DNA of 64,000 nucleotides, filler included, from an uncultured bacterium (GCA_964371695.1; 17 parts of 17 records of this genome joined end to end with filler, not necessarily neighbours in it), one strand, 5' to 3'. Positions 40,555-50,031 are shown, counted from the whole stretch's first letter. A program made the numbers and translations. The notes: generated by a model from the letters alone, not told the origin.

Positions 40555-41790
40555 TTATTTCTCCAGCAAAAGGGACTTGCGCCACACGGTAAAACGGTTG
40601 TTGTCGGCGTCTTGCAGCGCTTTTTGATAGGCCGCCTGTGTGGCGGGGGGCTGCGTTGCGGCGAGGGCCTTTCGGAACACCCGGCGGTAAAGCTCATCAG
40701 GGTCTACCCACAACTGGGCTACCACACGCTTGGCGTTGGGGTGAGGGCGGAAGGTGTATTGATAGGCCCGCGCTTCGCCGGGTTTCATGCGTTTGTCGGC
40801 ATATTCCTGTTTCAGCGAAGTGGCCACGTGCCAGCCAATGCGAAAACGCACCCGCGTGGTGGGGAGCATCTTTCCCCGCCCGTCGGTCTGGTAAAACGAC
40901 ACAAAAACCTGTGGCGTGGTGTAGGTGGGGAACAGGTGGCCCACCCACTGGCTTTTCACCACCACCCGCCAGCGCTGTTTGCCGTCTGTGTCGGCTTTGA
41001 GCGGGCCGGGGGTGATTTTCAGTCCCCGGCGCACCATGTCCGGGTGGTGAATGCCCCGGAACAGATGTTGCCTGTCTGGCATGTGGCAGCCCTGACAGGG
41101 CACGCCCCTGGCGGCAAAAGGGCTTTTTTTCCATTCTTCAAACGTGTTTTCAAACAGCTTGCCCTTCAGGCTCTGGGCCAGGAACTGCTTTTGCGTTTTG
41201 GGCCTGAACTGGTGGCAGGTGGCGCAGAAATCACTCTTCTGAAAAAAAGTGTGGGCGGTGTAACCCCCGTGGGGAGGTTTGGCCATGGGGGGCGTGCGGC
41301 CGGGCGGGCCGTGGCGCTGGTGGCTCCGCACATGACAAGCCGCGCAGGAAACCCCCGTGTCATACAGCCGCGGACTGAATTGCGGATTGGGCTGGCCGGT
41401 GCGCAGCAGTGCCCGTTGTTCGTGCAGGGGCGCATGGCAGCGGGTACACATGAAATAGGTGCCCGTTTTTTTTGGGTCAGCGGCGTGAATCATTTTCAGG
41501 GCCTGGCCCTCAAACCCCGGCCCCGTGGCCCTGGCGTGGCGCGAGTTTTGCCAGGCGTTTTTCTGAGCCGGGTGGCACACGCCGCACTGGTCCGGGAACA
41601 GAGATTTTTCGAGTTTTGTCCAGCCGGGCGGTGCTTTGCCTTGGGGCGGCAGCGGATGGGACCAATGTTTTTGCAATCCGCCGCCGGACTCGGCCAGCGC
41701 CTGACCCAAACAGGCGGCAAGCAGCAGCGCCATGCACAGGAAACGCCGGAACAACGGTCTCAACTTTCTCTCAGGCGAACCGTGTTCCAC
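40555..41790 (-). CDS. Periplasmic multiheme c-type cytochrome (5 CxxCH; c554-like)
   Basis: CGVCH, CTRCH, CAACH, CATCH, CQGCH; signal-peptide-like segment; W..SRHA motif. Confidence 0.88.
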   Translation of the reverse strand: MEHGSPERKLRPLFRRFLCMALLLAACLGQALAESGGGLQKHWSHPLPPQGKAPPGWTKLEKSLFPDQCGVCHPAQKNAWQNSRHARATGPGFEGQALKMIHAADPKKTGTYFMCTRCHAPLHEQRALLRTGQPNPQFSPRLYDTGVSCAACHVRSHQRHGPPGRTPPMAKPPHGGYTAHTFFQKSDFCATCHQFRPKTQKQFLAQSLKGKLFENTFEEWKKSPFAARGVPCQGCHMPDRQHLFRGIHHPDMVRRGLKITPGPLKADTDGKQRWRVVVKSQWVGHLFPTYTTPQVFVSFYQTDGRGKMLPTTRVRFRIGWHVATSLKQEYADKRMKPGEARAYQYTFRPHPNAKRVVAQLWVDPDELYRRVFRKALAATQPPATQAAYQKALQDADNNRFTVWRKSLLLEK

Positions 41791-42287
41791 GCCACGTCCG
41801 CTTCGCCGCCTTCCAGAATTTCCAGCACCGCCCGTGTCACTTTTTCCTGATGGCTGATTTGATAGATGTGCCTCATGCCGTGATATCGCAGGTGGCTTTG
41901 CAGGGCGGTGTCGTTCAGCAAACGGTCCACGGCCCCCAACAGTTCCTCGTTGGTGCGCCCCCACAGGCAATGCTCGTTCTGGGTGAAAAGCTGCTCCATG
42001 CCTGCGCCATAAAGCACCACCGTGGGCGCGCCGCAGGCCATGCTGTCGGTGAGGCGGTCGCTGTGATACCACACCGCCTCGGTGTTGCGGCTCAGGCTCA
42101 GGGCTGCCTGCGCACCCGACAGCACCTGGTAATAATCCACACCTCTGATTTTGGGCGTGCCCGGCCAGCCATACAGGCCAAACTTTTCGCCATATTTTTT
42201 TTGCAGCGCCCCCACCAGTTCCCGCCGCCGCTCATCACCAATGTCCACACCAGTGAACAACACGGGGTGACGCTGATCGGGCAGGGG
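41760..42287 (-). CDS. Glycosyltransferase (CgeB/GT-B-like) C-terminal fragment
   Basis: SDRL...MACG, F..NEH..W, H..RV-like terminal pattern; 5' truncated. Confidence 0.7.
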   Translation of the reverse strand, partial: PLPDQRHPVLFTGVDIGDERRRELVGALQKKYGEKFGLYGWPGTPKIRGVDYYQVLSGAQAALSLSRNTEAVWYHSDRLTDSMACGAPTVVLYGAGMEQLFTQNEHCLWGRTNEELLGAVDRLLNDTALQSHLRYHGMRHIYQISHQEKVTRAVLEILEGGEADVAWNTVRLRES

Positions 42288-42387
42288 NNNNNNNNNNNNN
42301 NNNNNNNNNNNNNNNNNNNNNNNNNNNNNNNTTAATTAATTAANNNNNNNNNNNNNNNNNNNNNNNNNNNNNNNNNNNNNNNNNNNN

Positions 42388-42474
42388 GGCTTTTGGGGCG
42401 GGACATCCATGTCCCGCAAGAGCCTGTTTCTATTACACCATGCTTCACATGGCGCAATTTAGAAACAGGCTCTA
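42388..42474. repeat. MITE-like repeat with GAGCCTGT..ACAGGCTC inverted repeats
   Basis: Reverse complement matches the architecture of 61192-61275. Confidence 0.7.
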
Positions 42475-42567
42475 AAGGGGAGAGGGAACGAGGGATGCGT
42501 TCTTTCTTGCCATGCGCAGCGCCCCACGAGCAGCTTTTCTGAAAACACAGCAAGCGGTGATGCGATT

Positions 42568-43818
42568 TCATTTTTCCAGAAACACGGCGTTGGTGAGGGC
42601 CACATATTTTTCAGAGGTCAGGGGGGCGGCCTTGATGAGCAGCAGCATGAGCGCGCCTTCGCCCGGTGGCTTCAGGTCAAAGGTGTGTGAAAAATTGGGG
42701 GTGGCGGGTGTGAAGCGGTGCTCGGCCAACACCGTGTCCTTCACCTTGGGCAGTGTGTTTTTGCCGGGCTGGCGGGTGTCTTCGCAACCGCCCTTGGGCA
42801 CAAAAATGATTTTCAGCGACATCTCTTTGCCCACCGGCACGGTGCCGCTCGCCGACAACAAAAGCGCCCCTTCGCCCAGCTTCACGGTGTCGCCCATCGT
42901 GCCCAGCGCCTTGCCGTTCTGCATCAGTTGAAAATCCACAAACACACCCGTGCCGCGCACCACCACCTTGCCGGTCTTCAGGCTTTTCATCAGGTCTGGC
43001 CTAGCCAGCGCGGGCGCGTGGATGTAGGTGGTGGGCAAGCCCAGGGCCGACTCACTGGGTTTTTCACCCTGGGGAATGTAGACACGGTGCGTGTCGCTGC
43101 CGCCCACCAGCACGGTGCGTTTTCCCAATGCCCAGTCGCACAAACCGGCCTTGAGCACCCGCTGGTCGTATTTGTCAAAAAACATGCCGCCGTTGAAAAC
43201 CTCCAGCGCGTCATAGTCACGGCTGGTCCAGTCAAACTCCACCCAGGGGGCGAAGTTATAAGCGTGGTTCACGATGACATAACCCCCGCGCTCGCGGCAC
43301 TGGCGAATAGCGGTTTCGGCCTTGACCGCGCCGGGGGGGCGGTCGGTGAAGGAACCACTCAGGTCAAAGGTGTTCTGATCCACCGGCACACAACCGATGT
43401 GGCCGCCGGGCCGCGTGGGGGGTTGGGGCAGGGGGCTGATTTCGTTGCCATCAATCATCAGGAACCGGCCCGGCTCAGACAGCGCCTTGGCTTTTTCCCA
43501 ATAGGTGAACTCCGGCCCCAGGTTGTAATAGGCCTCGGTGGCGTCCTTGGAGCCGGTGGCGTCGGAATGATCGGTCAGCACCACAAACCGCAGGCCCCGT
43601 TCCAGGGCCACCTTCTTGATGTCTTCGGGGAAGGAAATCTTGTCGCCGTCCCAGCTTGCGCCGGTGGCGTGAATGTGAATGTCACCGGGAAACCACTCCC
43701 CCGCCGCCTTGGCGCTGGCCGCAAAAACATGCCCCGCCAGCAACACCACGGCGGCCAGTATCACCGGGCGGCAATGGCGGTTTGTGCGAAAAGTGCGGAT
43801 GATCCCAGGCATGATCAA
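42568..43818 (-). CDS. Secreted PHP-like (CehA/McbA family) metallohydrolase
   Basis: GDIHIH, LTDH, GNE, GH, VNH, EVFNG, GGSDTH. Confidence 0.85.
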   Translation of the reverse strand: MIMPGIIRTFRTNRHCRPVILAAVVLLAGHVFAASAKAAGEWFPGDIHIHATGASWDGDKISFPEDIKKVALERGLRFVVLTDHSDATGSKDATEAYYNLGPEFTYWEKAKALSEPGRFLMIDGNEISPLPQPPTRPGGHIGCVPVDQNTFDLSGSFTDRPPGAVKAETAIRQCRERGGYVIVNHAYNFAPWVEFDWTSRDYDALEVFNGGMFFDKYDQRVLKAGLCDWALGKRTVLVGGSDTHRVYIPQGEKPSESALGLPTTYIHAPALARPDLMKSLKTGKVVVRGTGVFVDFQLMQNGKALGTMGDTVKLGEGALLLSASGTVPVGKEMSLKIIFVPKGGCEDTRQPGKNTLPKVKDTVLAEHRFTPATPNFSHTFDLKPPGEGALMLLLIKAAPLTSEKYVALTNAVFLEK

Positions 43819-44330
43819 TAGGGCCTTTTGACTTCGCCTTTTTCCAGCAGTTCGATGACGTGCAGCAGGCTTTCGAACTCCTTGTTCATGGCTTTTTCAT
43901 AACCCTTCACGATGGATTTTTCGATGCCGCCACCCATCATGGGCACACCGCATTTGGCGATGGTGTAGCTCTCGCGCACGGTGGTGTCCTTTTTTTGAGG
44001 ATGGGGGAAGAACCTGATCTTGCCCGACCACGAGAGCATCTTGCCCATCATTTTGGGCAGGATGTCGAACTTGGCGGTGTGTTGATTTTTGTGCCAGGTG
44101 GTGTGCTCCACGCACTCGGCCATTTCGGGGGTGATCATTTTTTGCAGGTTGGGGGGATTCTGAAGGTGCATGAGGCGCTGGGTGAGGATTTCGTCTTCTT
44201 TTTCCTCCAGGCTCAGATACTCCACCACCCGGATATCCGGGTGTTCGGACGTGTTGTAAATCTTGACGTGGCGGGCCGCGACAACCGTGTCCAGGGGAAA
44301 GGGAAACTCGTGTTTGACGGTGATGTCCAT
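43815..44330 (-). CDS. START/Bet v1-fold protein (DUF2505/PRELI-like)
   Basis: H.F.FP..TV.AA..K..N, T.RL, GVPMMGGGIEK.I helix. Confidence 0.6.
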   Translation of the reverse strand: MDITVKHEFPFPLDTVVAARHVKIYNTSEHPDIRVVEYLSLEEKEDEILTQRLMHLQNPPNLQKMITPEMAECVEHTTWHKNQHTAKFDILPKMMGKMLSWSGKIRFFPHPQKKDTTVRESYTIAKCGVPMMGGGIEKSIVKGYEKAMNKEFESLLHVIELLEKGEVKRPY

Positions 44331-44365
44331 GATGGACGGATTTTAGGCGTCCATGGGAGTGTTTT

Positions 44366-45967
44366 TCAGGATTTTCTGCGGTTCATCCGGTAAATGACCA
44401 CCCTGTTTTCCGGTGCGCGGTAAATGACCGCGCCGTTTTCTTCCAGATGAACAAACAACCGCGCCACTTCCCTGTCCTGTTTTTGCAGGCGGCCCAGAGA
44501 ATCTTTGAACACCGCCACGTGGCTATATCGCCCCCGCACCAGCCACGCGGTGAGGTCGGGTTGTTTCTTCCAGTATTGCAGTGGAATGGCCTGGGCATAA
44601 AACCCTTTGGCGGGTGGCTGGGCCAAAAGGGTTTTCAGCCGCTGGTTTGCAGGCTCGCGGCGCAGGCGTTCACGCAGAGCGGCCCGGTTCAGAGGTGGGT
44701 CCGGCAGGTGCATATCCACCGCCACACGGGCGTTGGAGGGCAGATGGGCGGCCAGCCAGTGCATGGCGGTTTCGCGTGCGTCTGTCCGGGACAGACGCCC
44801 CATCAGCGACACGGCCAGCACGGCCATGATCAGCACACTCACCAGCAACACCGGGCGCACAAAAAACACGGCGGTGAAGGTGAACGATTCCAGCCACAGG
44901 CCGCTCAGCAACAAAAGCGGCGGCAAAAACACCAGCAGATATTTGTCGAACAAAATACTCAGGCGCAGGAAGTACACCAGCATCAGCACCACCACCAGCG
45001 CCATGCCCCGACTGGACCGGTGCCACAGCCCCCGCCACACCGCCAGGGCGGCAATGGGGAAAAACAATCCAAAGCCCTGCACCGCCAGGGCATAAAACTC
45101 GCCCGCGCCTGCTTTGTGCGCCAGGCCGTGATGCCCCGCGCCCTGTGTGTGCTGCACCTGCCACCGCAGCCAATACAAAAAGTTCTGCTGGTCCAGCAGC
45201 GCAAAAGGCGAACTGACAAAAAAACCGGCCACCGAACCCAGCCCCATCAGCAGCAGGCTTTTGAGAACCCCCAGCCTGTTTTCGGGCCGGGCCAGAAACA
45301 GCGCCCAGGCCAGGGGCAGCAGCAAGACCGCCGGATATTTCGCCCCCGCCGCCAGCCCCAGTAAGGCGCCGCTCAGGGCGCAGACCTTTGCCGTGGGTGT
45401 GACCGGCCCGGTGAGCAGCCCCAGCCCCAGAAACGAAAGCAGCAGCATGGGGCTTTCGGGCAGCAACCCGTGGGCATATTGAAGCCTGAGCGGCAAAAAC
45501 AGATACACCAGCCCCAGCACCAGCGCCCAGCGCCGGGGCAGCGCCCGCAGCATCCAGGCGGCGGCGGCCACTGACAGCGCATTGACCAACAACATGAAAA
45601 ACCGCGACCAGATCAGGAGTTTTTCCGGGTGCAGGTGATACCACTGACTGAACCCGGCCAGCGAGCCAAAGGCCCCCGTGAGTTTGCCCCCCAGCATCAC
45701 CAGACCGGTGAAAAACGCCTGCAAATAAAACACCAGACTGGGCCAGTCGAACCGCTGGGGATTGCCCCCCTGCCGGGGCAGGTGCAGGGCGGTTTCCACC
45801 ACAAACCATTCGTCGTAATTGCTGTAAAACCACGCCCCCTGTTGCAGCGCGGGCAGGCTCAGCAGCACTGCCAGCAGCGCCAGAAAAAAATAAAGGCCGC
45901 CCCTGCGCTCGCGGGAAAAACCGATGACCTCCACCTGCATGGGTTGAAGCATAAGGCTTTGGGTCAT
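44366..45967 (-). CDS. GT-C family (GT39/ArnT/PMT-like) membrane glycosyltransferase
   Basis: YDE acidic motif, F.WPSL, GLA.GAKYP, many TM helices. Confidence 0.85.
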   Translation of the reverse strand: MTQSLMLQPMQVEVIGFSRERRGGLYFFLALLAVLLSLPALQQGAWFYSNYDEWFVVETALHLPRQGGNPQRFDWPSLVFYLQAFFTGLVMLGGKLTGAFGSLAGFSQWYHLHPEKLLIWSRFFMLLVNALSVAAAAWMLRALPRRWALVLGLVYLFLPLRLQYAHGLLPESPMLLLSFLGLGLLTGPVTPTAKVCALSGALLGLAAGAKYPAVLLLPLAWALFLARPENRLGVLKSLLLMGLGSVAGFFVSSPFALLDQQNFLYWLRWQVQHTQGAGHHGLAHKAGAGEFYALAVQGFGLFFPIAALAVWRGLWHRSSRGMALVVVLMLVYFLRLSILFDKYLLVFLPPLLLLSGLWLESFTFTAVFFVRPVLLVSVLIMAVLAVSLMGRLSRTDARETAMHWLAAHLPSNARVAVDMHLPDPPLNRAALRERLRREPANQRLKTLLAQPPAKGFYAQAIPLQYWKKQPDLTAWLVRGRYSHVAVFKDSLGRLQKQDREVARLFVHLEENGAVIYRAPENRVVIYRMNRRKS

Positions 45968-46030
45968 TGCTGTTGGGTGACAGATAGCCCCGGCAACCCC
46001 CCGACTTTTTTCATCAACCTGACAGCAGTG
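45965..46030. mobile_element. Minimal TIR element (same termini as 33536-33746 and 58752-58963)
   Basis: CATTGCTGTTGGGT..AACCTGACAGCAGTG. Confidence 0.6.
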
Positions 46031-46100
46031 GGGCGGGCGTCCCCGCCCGCCGTTCAAATGAAAAAGGTCTTTTGTTTTTTTTGTTCAGGCGGGCGGGGAC
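46027..46100. repeat. GTGG-GGCGGGCG REP/REPIN-like repeat at contig end
   Basis: Homologous to 605-682. Confidence 0.75.
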
Positions 46101-46200
46101 NNNNNNNNNNNNNNNNNNNNNNNNNNNNNNNNNNNNNNNNNNNNTTAATTAATTAANNNNNNNNNNNNNNNNNNNNNNNNNNNNNNNNNNNNNNNNNNNN

Positions 46201-46599
46201 GGTAGAGGCCGTGTCTATGTAAAACCCCTTCTTGCCGTCAAACACCAGATCGGTGCTGATGAGAATGCCATAACCGCCTTCTTCGCTCAGCGTTTCAAAC
46301 AACTGCTCGGCGGCGTCGTCGTTGATGGCCATGGCGTCGTCTTCATTTTCTTCGCACTGCTCGATGGTGCTGAAGGCAGCGCAGTGAATCAGCACGCTGG
46401 GCATGAGGTTGATGATGAGGTCTTCATAGGTGTCGATGTCCATGAAGTCCACCTTCACCGTTTCCACACCGGCCACCGGCAAAGGGGCGTGGTGAATGGC
46501 GGCGATGACCTCGTGTTTGTCTTTCAGTGCCTCGACCAGACGGCTGCCCAAAAAACCCGCAGCGCCGGTGATCAGGATTTTTTCGCGTTCTTGAGCCAT
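46201..46599 (-). CDS. RmlD-like NAD(P)-dependent sugar reductase, 3' truncated
   Basis: ILITGAAGFLG, IHCAA, CE....A.AIN, ISTDLVFDG. Confidence 0.85.
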
Positions 46600-47834
46600 G
46601 TGAGAATGTTTGCCTCCTGTCCCTGTTGGCTCGGTTCATAATACTTGCGGGGCGTTACCCCAACCGGGAAATAGGCCTGCGCCACCCAGTGGGTTGACTC
46701 ATCGTGGGGATAACGATAAGCAGCCGGGTCAGCCTCTCCCTGTCGGGTGCTTTTGCCCCGCAGATGCACGGGCACCACCGTGGGGCCTTCCAGTTCGGAC
46801 ACGTGTTTTTCCACCCGTTTGAGGGCTTTGTAGGCGGCGTTGGACTTGGGCGCAAGCGCCAGATAACACACCAGTTGAGACAAAATGAGATGCGCCTCGG
46901 GCGGCCCCACGTGCTCTATGGCCAGGCGCGCCGAGGCCGCCAGCACCAGAGCCTGGGGGTCTGCGTTGCCGATGTCTTCGCTGGCGAGAATCAGCATCCG
47001 CCGCAGAATGAACATCAGGTCTTCACCCCCCGCCAGCAGACGGGCCATCCAGAACAACGACGCGTCTACGTCTGAGCCGCGAATGCTTTTGATGAGCGCG
47101 CTGATGATGTCGTAGTGGCTGTCTCCGGCCCGGTCGTGGGTGTGGGGTTTCAGGTCCAGTTCCAGTTCCTTCAGGTGTTCCGGTAAAAGGTGTGTCACCC
47201 CCTGGGCCTGGGTGGATTGCACCAGCAGGTCCACGGTGTCCAGCAGTTGGCGGGCGTCTCCCCCACATCCGCCCACCAGTGAAGATTTCAGTTTTTCATC
47301 CAGGGTCATCTGGCTGGATTCCAGCGCACGGTCCACCAGCGCGGCGAGGTCTTCGGGCGCAAGGGGTTTGAACTTGAACAGCCGCACCCGCGAGAGCAAT
47401 GCCCGCTGAAGACAGAAATAAGGGTTCTCTGTCGTCAGGCCCATGAGCACGATCACCCCTTCTTCCACCCAGGGCAGAAAGGCGTCCTGCTGCTGGCGGT
47501 TGAAGCGGTGAAATTCATCGACGAACAAAAGCGTGGGCTGGCCCGTTTCGGCGTGGCGTTTTTTAGCCTGTTTGATGACCTCTTTCACTTCGGTGATGGA
47601 GGCCATGACTGCGCTGAAACGCTCGTGGGGCAACGGGGAGTGTTTGAGCAGCAGGCTGGCCACGGTGGTTTTACCCACACCCGGCGGGCCGTATAACACA
47701 AACGAAAACAGCAACTTTCCGTTAAAAAACGCCCACAGGGGCTTGCCGGGGGCCAGCAGGTGCCGCTGCCCGGCCACTTCTTCGAGGCAGGAAGGCCGCA
47801 GGCGCTGGCTCAATGGCTGGTGCAGTTCATTCAC
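46572..47834 (-). CDS. rarA: Replication-associated recombination protein A (MgsA)
   Basis: PL..RLRP, GPPGVGKTT, DEFHRFN..QQD, TTENP, HYD.ISA.IKSIRGSD, SEDIGNADP. Confidence 0.95.
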   Translation of the reverse strand: MNELHQPLSQRLRPSCLEEVAGQRHLLAPGKPLWAFFNGKLLFSFVLYGPPGVGKTTVASLLLKHSPLPHERFSAVMASITEVKEVIKQAKKRHAETGQPTLLFVDEFHRFNRQQQDAFLPWVEEGVIVLMGLTTENPYFCLQRALLSRVRLFKFKPLAPEDLAALVDRALESSQMTLDEKLKSSLVGGCGGDARQLLDTVDLLVQSTQAQGVTHLLPEHLKELELDLKPHTHDRAGDSHYDIISALIKSIRGSDVDASLFWMARLLAGGEDLMFILRRMLILASEDIGNADPQALVLAASARLAIEHVGPPEAHLILSQLVCYLALAPKSNAAYKALKRVEKHVSELEGPTVVPVHLRGKSTRQGEADPAAYRYPHDESTHWVAQAYFPVGVTPRKYYEPSQQGQEANILTWLKNAKKS

Positions 47835-47929
47835 ATGCCAAGGGTAGCAATAAAAGGAAAGGCCTGAAGACACAGCGGCCACGGCCCGGCCAGAACAAAA
47901 ACCAAAAAATGAGACAAATTTTCACCCCT

Positions 47930-47958
47930 TTGACCTGATGCTATCTTGTTCCTATACT
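47930..47958 (+). promoter_or_regulatory. sigma70-type promoter for OMP gene
   Basis: TTGACC-17 bp-TATACT; GAGGAGG RBS downstream. Confidence 0.7.
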
Positions 47959-47990
47959 GCCGAACGACTCACCTGAGGAGGACACAACAC

Positions 47991-48608
47991 ATGCTGAAGA
48001 AAGTTTCCGTTTGCCTGACTGCCGCCGCACTGCTTGCCGGTGGCGCGGGCGCCACCGCACAGGCCGCCGCCAAAAAAGCCGCCGCCAAACCTGCGGCCAA
48101 GGGCAAAGCCGCCAAGGCGCCTGCCAAGGCCAAAGACATCCCTGGCACGCCGCATAAATGGGCCATCGGTCTGGAGGCGGGTTATTTCACCGCCAATGCC
48201 GATACCGACAACGCGGCAATCTGGGGCCTGGACGTGCAGACCAAGATCAAAAAGCGCCAGTCGCTGGGTCTGTCTGTCACCTATGCCCAAAACGACCTGA
48301 ACGCCCCCCTGGGCGCGCTGGAAATGTCCACCCTGGGCATTCACCTGAGCCTGCTGGGACACGTGGGTGAAGACGAAGGCAACCGCCAGCCCGGTTTTTA
48401 CTGGGGAGGCGGCCCCTCTCTGGTGCGGGGCGAAGTGGACACCGCCGGCAGTGAAACCGAACTGGGCTTTCACCTGCGCGCTGGTGTGGAATACAAAGGC
48501 GGCGGTTACACCGAACTGCGCTGGGTTGACACGGGCAACGTGTCCAACTTCAACGGTGCCCGCCTGGGTGGTTTGAGCCTGAGCGCCGGTTATCGCTTCA
48601 GCCTGTAA
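47991..48608 (+). CDS. Outer-membrane beta-barrel protein (about 8 strands)
   Basis: Signal peptide, alternating beta strands, C-terminal GYRFSL. Confidence 0.8.
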   Translation: MLKKVSVCLTAAALLAGGAGATAQAAAKKAAAKPAAKGKAAKAPAKAKDIPGTPHKWAIGLEAGYFTANADTDNAAIWGLDVQTKIKKRQSLGLSVTYAQNDLNAPLGALEMSTLGIHLSLLGHVGEDEGNRQPGFYWGGGPSLVRGEVDTAGSETELGFHLRAGVEYKGGGYTELRWVDTGNVSNFNGARLGGLSLSAGYRFSL

Positions 48609-48632
48609 TCTCCTCAACAAACAGACAATCTG

Positions 48633-48668
48633 AAAACCCTGGCCCTGATGGGCCGGGGTTTTTGTTTG
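48633..48668 (+). terminator. Rho-independent terminator between OMP paralogs
   Basis: AAAACCCTGGCCC-TGAT-GGGCCGGGGTTTT-TGTTT. Confidence 0.75.
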
Positions 48669-48701
48669 TATCACCCCCAATTCTCGTTAGGATGACCCTC
48701 T

Positions 48702-49319
48702 ATGCGCCTTGACAGAATCCTTCTTCTTCCCCTCGCGGGGCTTTTGACGCTGAGCGTGGCAACACCGGCCACCCTGCACGCCAAGAGCGAAAGCCGCGTT
48801 GAAAAAAAAGTGCGCGAGCTTGAAAAAAAGAACGCCGCCAACAAAAAAAAGAACCAAGTCAACATTCCCCACAACTGGACCCTGGGCGCAGGAGCCACCT
48901 ATGCCTGGCCCAATCCTGACGTGGACAGCGCCTTTCACTGGGAGGTGGAAGCCCAGAAACGCGTGAGCACCTATGGCGTGGTGGCCTTGGGTGTGAACGC
49001 AGGCAACCACAACCTGACCACCGCTGCGGGCGACATGGACGTGGTGGACGTAAACCTTTCCTACATCCTCTATGTTCCCGAAAACAACAAGAACCGCCAA
49101 CCGTCTTTTTATTACGGCGCTGGCCTGAACCTGCTCAACACCAGCATCACGGGGGCGGGGTCCTCCAGCGACCTGGGCCTGCACCTGCGGGCGGGCGTGG
49201 AGTTCAGAGGCGGGCTTTATACCGAAATGCGCTACACCATTGGGCCTGAAAAAGCGAAATACAACAACGCCCGCCTGGGACACCTCACCCTGGGCGGCGG
49301 TTACCGCTTCAGCCTGTAA
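48702..49319 (+). CDS. Outer-membrane beta-barrel protein, paralog of 47991-48608
   Basis: Shared NRQP.FY.G.G, LG.HLRAGVE..GG.YTE.R, ARLG.L.L..GYRFSL. Confidence 0.8.
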   Translation: MRLDRILLLPLAGLLTLSVATPATLHAKSESRVEKKVRELEKKNAANKKKNQVNIPHNWTLGAGATYAWPNPDVDSAFHWEVEAQKRVSTYGVVALGVNAGNHNLTTAAGDMDVVDVNLSYILYVPENNKNRQPSFYYGAGLNLLNTSITGAGSSSDLGLHLRAGVEFRGGLYTEMRYTIGPEKAKYNNARLGHLTLGGGYRFSL

Positions 49320-49405
49320 CCCACCCGTTTTTTTTCGGAGGCAACGGGACCCGCCCGACTTTCGCCTGACGGATGGGGGAACTGGCCATAAAATAGAGCC
49401 GCCTT

Positions 49406-49911
49406 ATGGCCGGAGCTTGTGTGTATTGCGGCGCCCCCGCACTGGTGACCGGCCCTTCGGGTGTTTGCCCCCAGTGCCGCGAGACTTTGCCGGTCAAAAA
49501 AATCAAGCTGGGCAAACCGGCGGGTAAAGGTGTCAAGGCACCGGCCTTCCGTTTTGGTGCGGGGGCATCCCTTCTTGCTGCACAAGCCGCCCAAACCGAA
49601 ACCCGCGCCGCCACCACAACCACCACCGCCGGGCCAAGCCTGTTTCAGAAAACAGCCGTCGCCACCGAAGAAGACCCCCTGGCCGCCTACGGCGCGGGTG
49701 CGCCACCCCAGCCGCCCGCGGCAGAGCACGACGCCTTCAGCCCCTCGGTGGACCCCAATCCTCCGCCGCCATTGGGTGAACCCACGCCGAAAACTTCGCC
49801 CGTGGCCGAAGTGGAACCAGCGGCGACTGGCGCTGCCGATGTCGTGGCCACTGCCCCTGCGCCTGTGGTGACCGAAGAAACCCCGCCAGCGCCTCTGCCC
49901 ATGGCCACACC
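49406..49911 (+). CDS. Zinc-ribbon protein with Pro/Ala-rich linker, 3' truncated
   Basis: CVYCG..CPQC then low-complexity region. Confidence 0.6.
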
Positions 49912-50031
49912 NNNNNNNNNNNNNNNNNNNNNNNNNNNNNNNNNNNNNNNNNNNNTTAATTAATTAANNNNNNNNNNNNNNNNNNNNNNNNNNNNNNNNN
50001 NNNNNNNNNNNCGCCCCCCAGGCCGCCGAAA

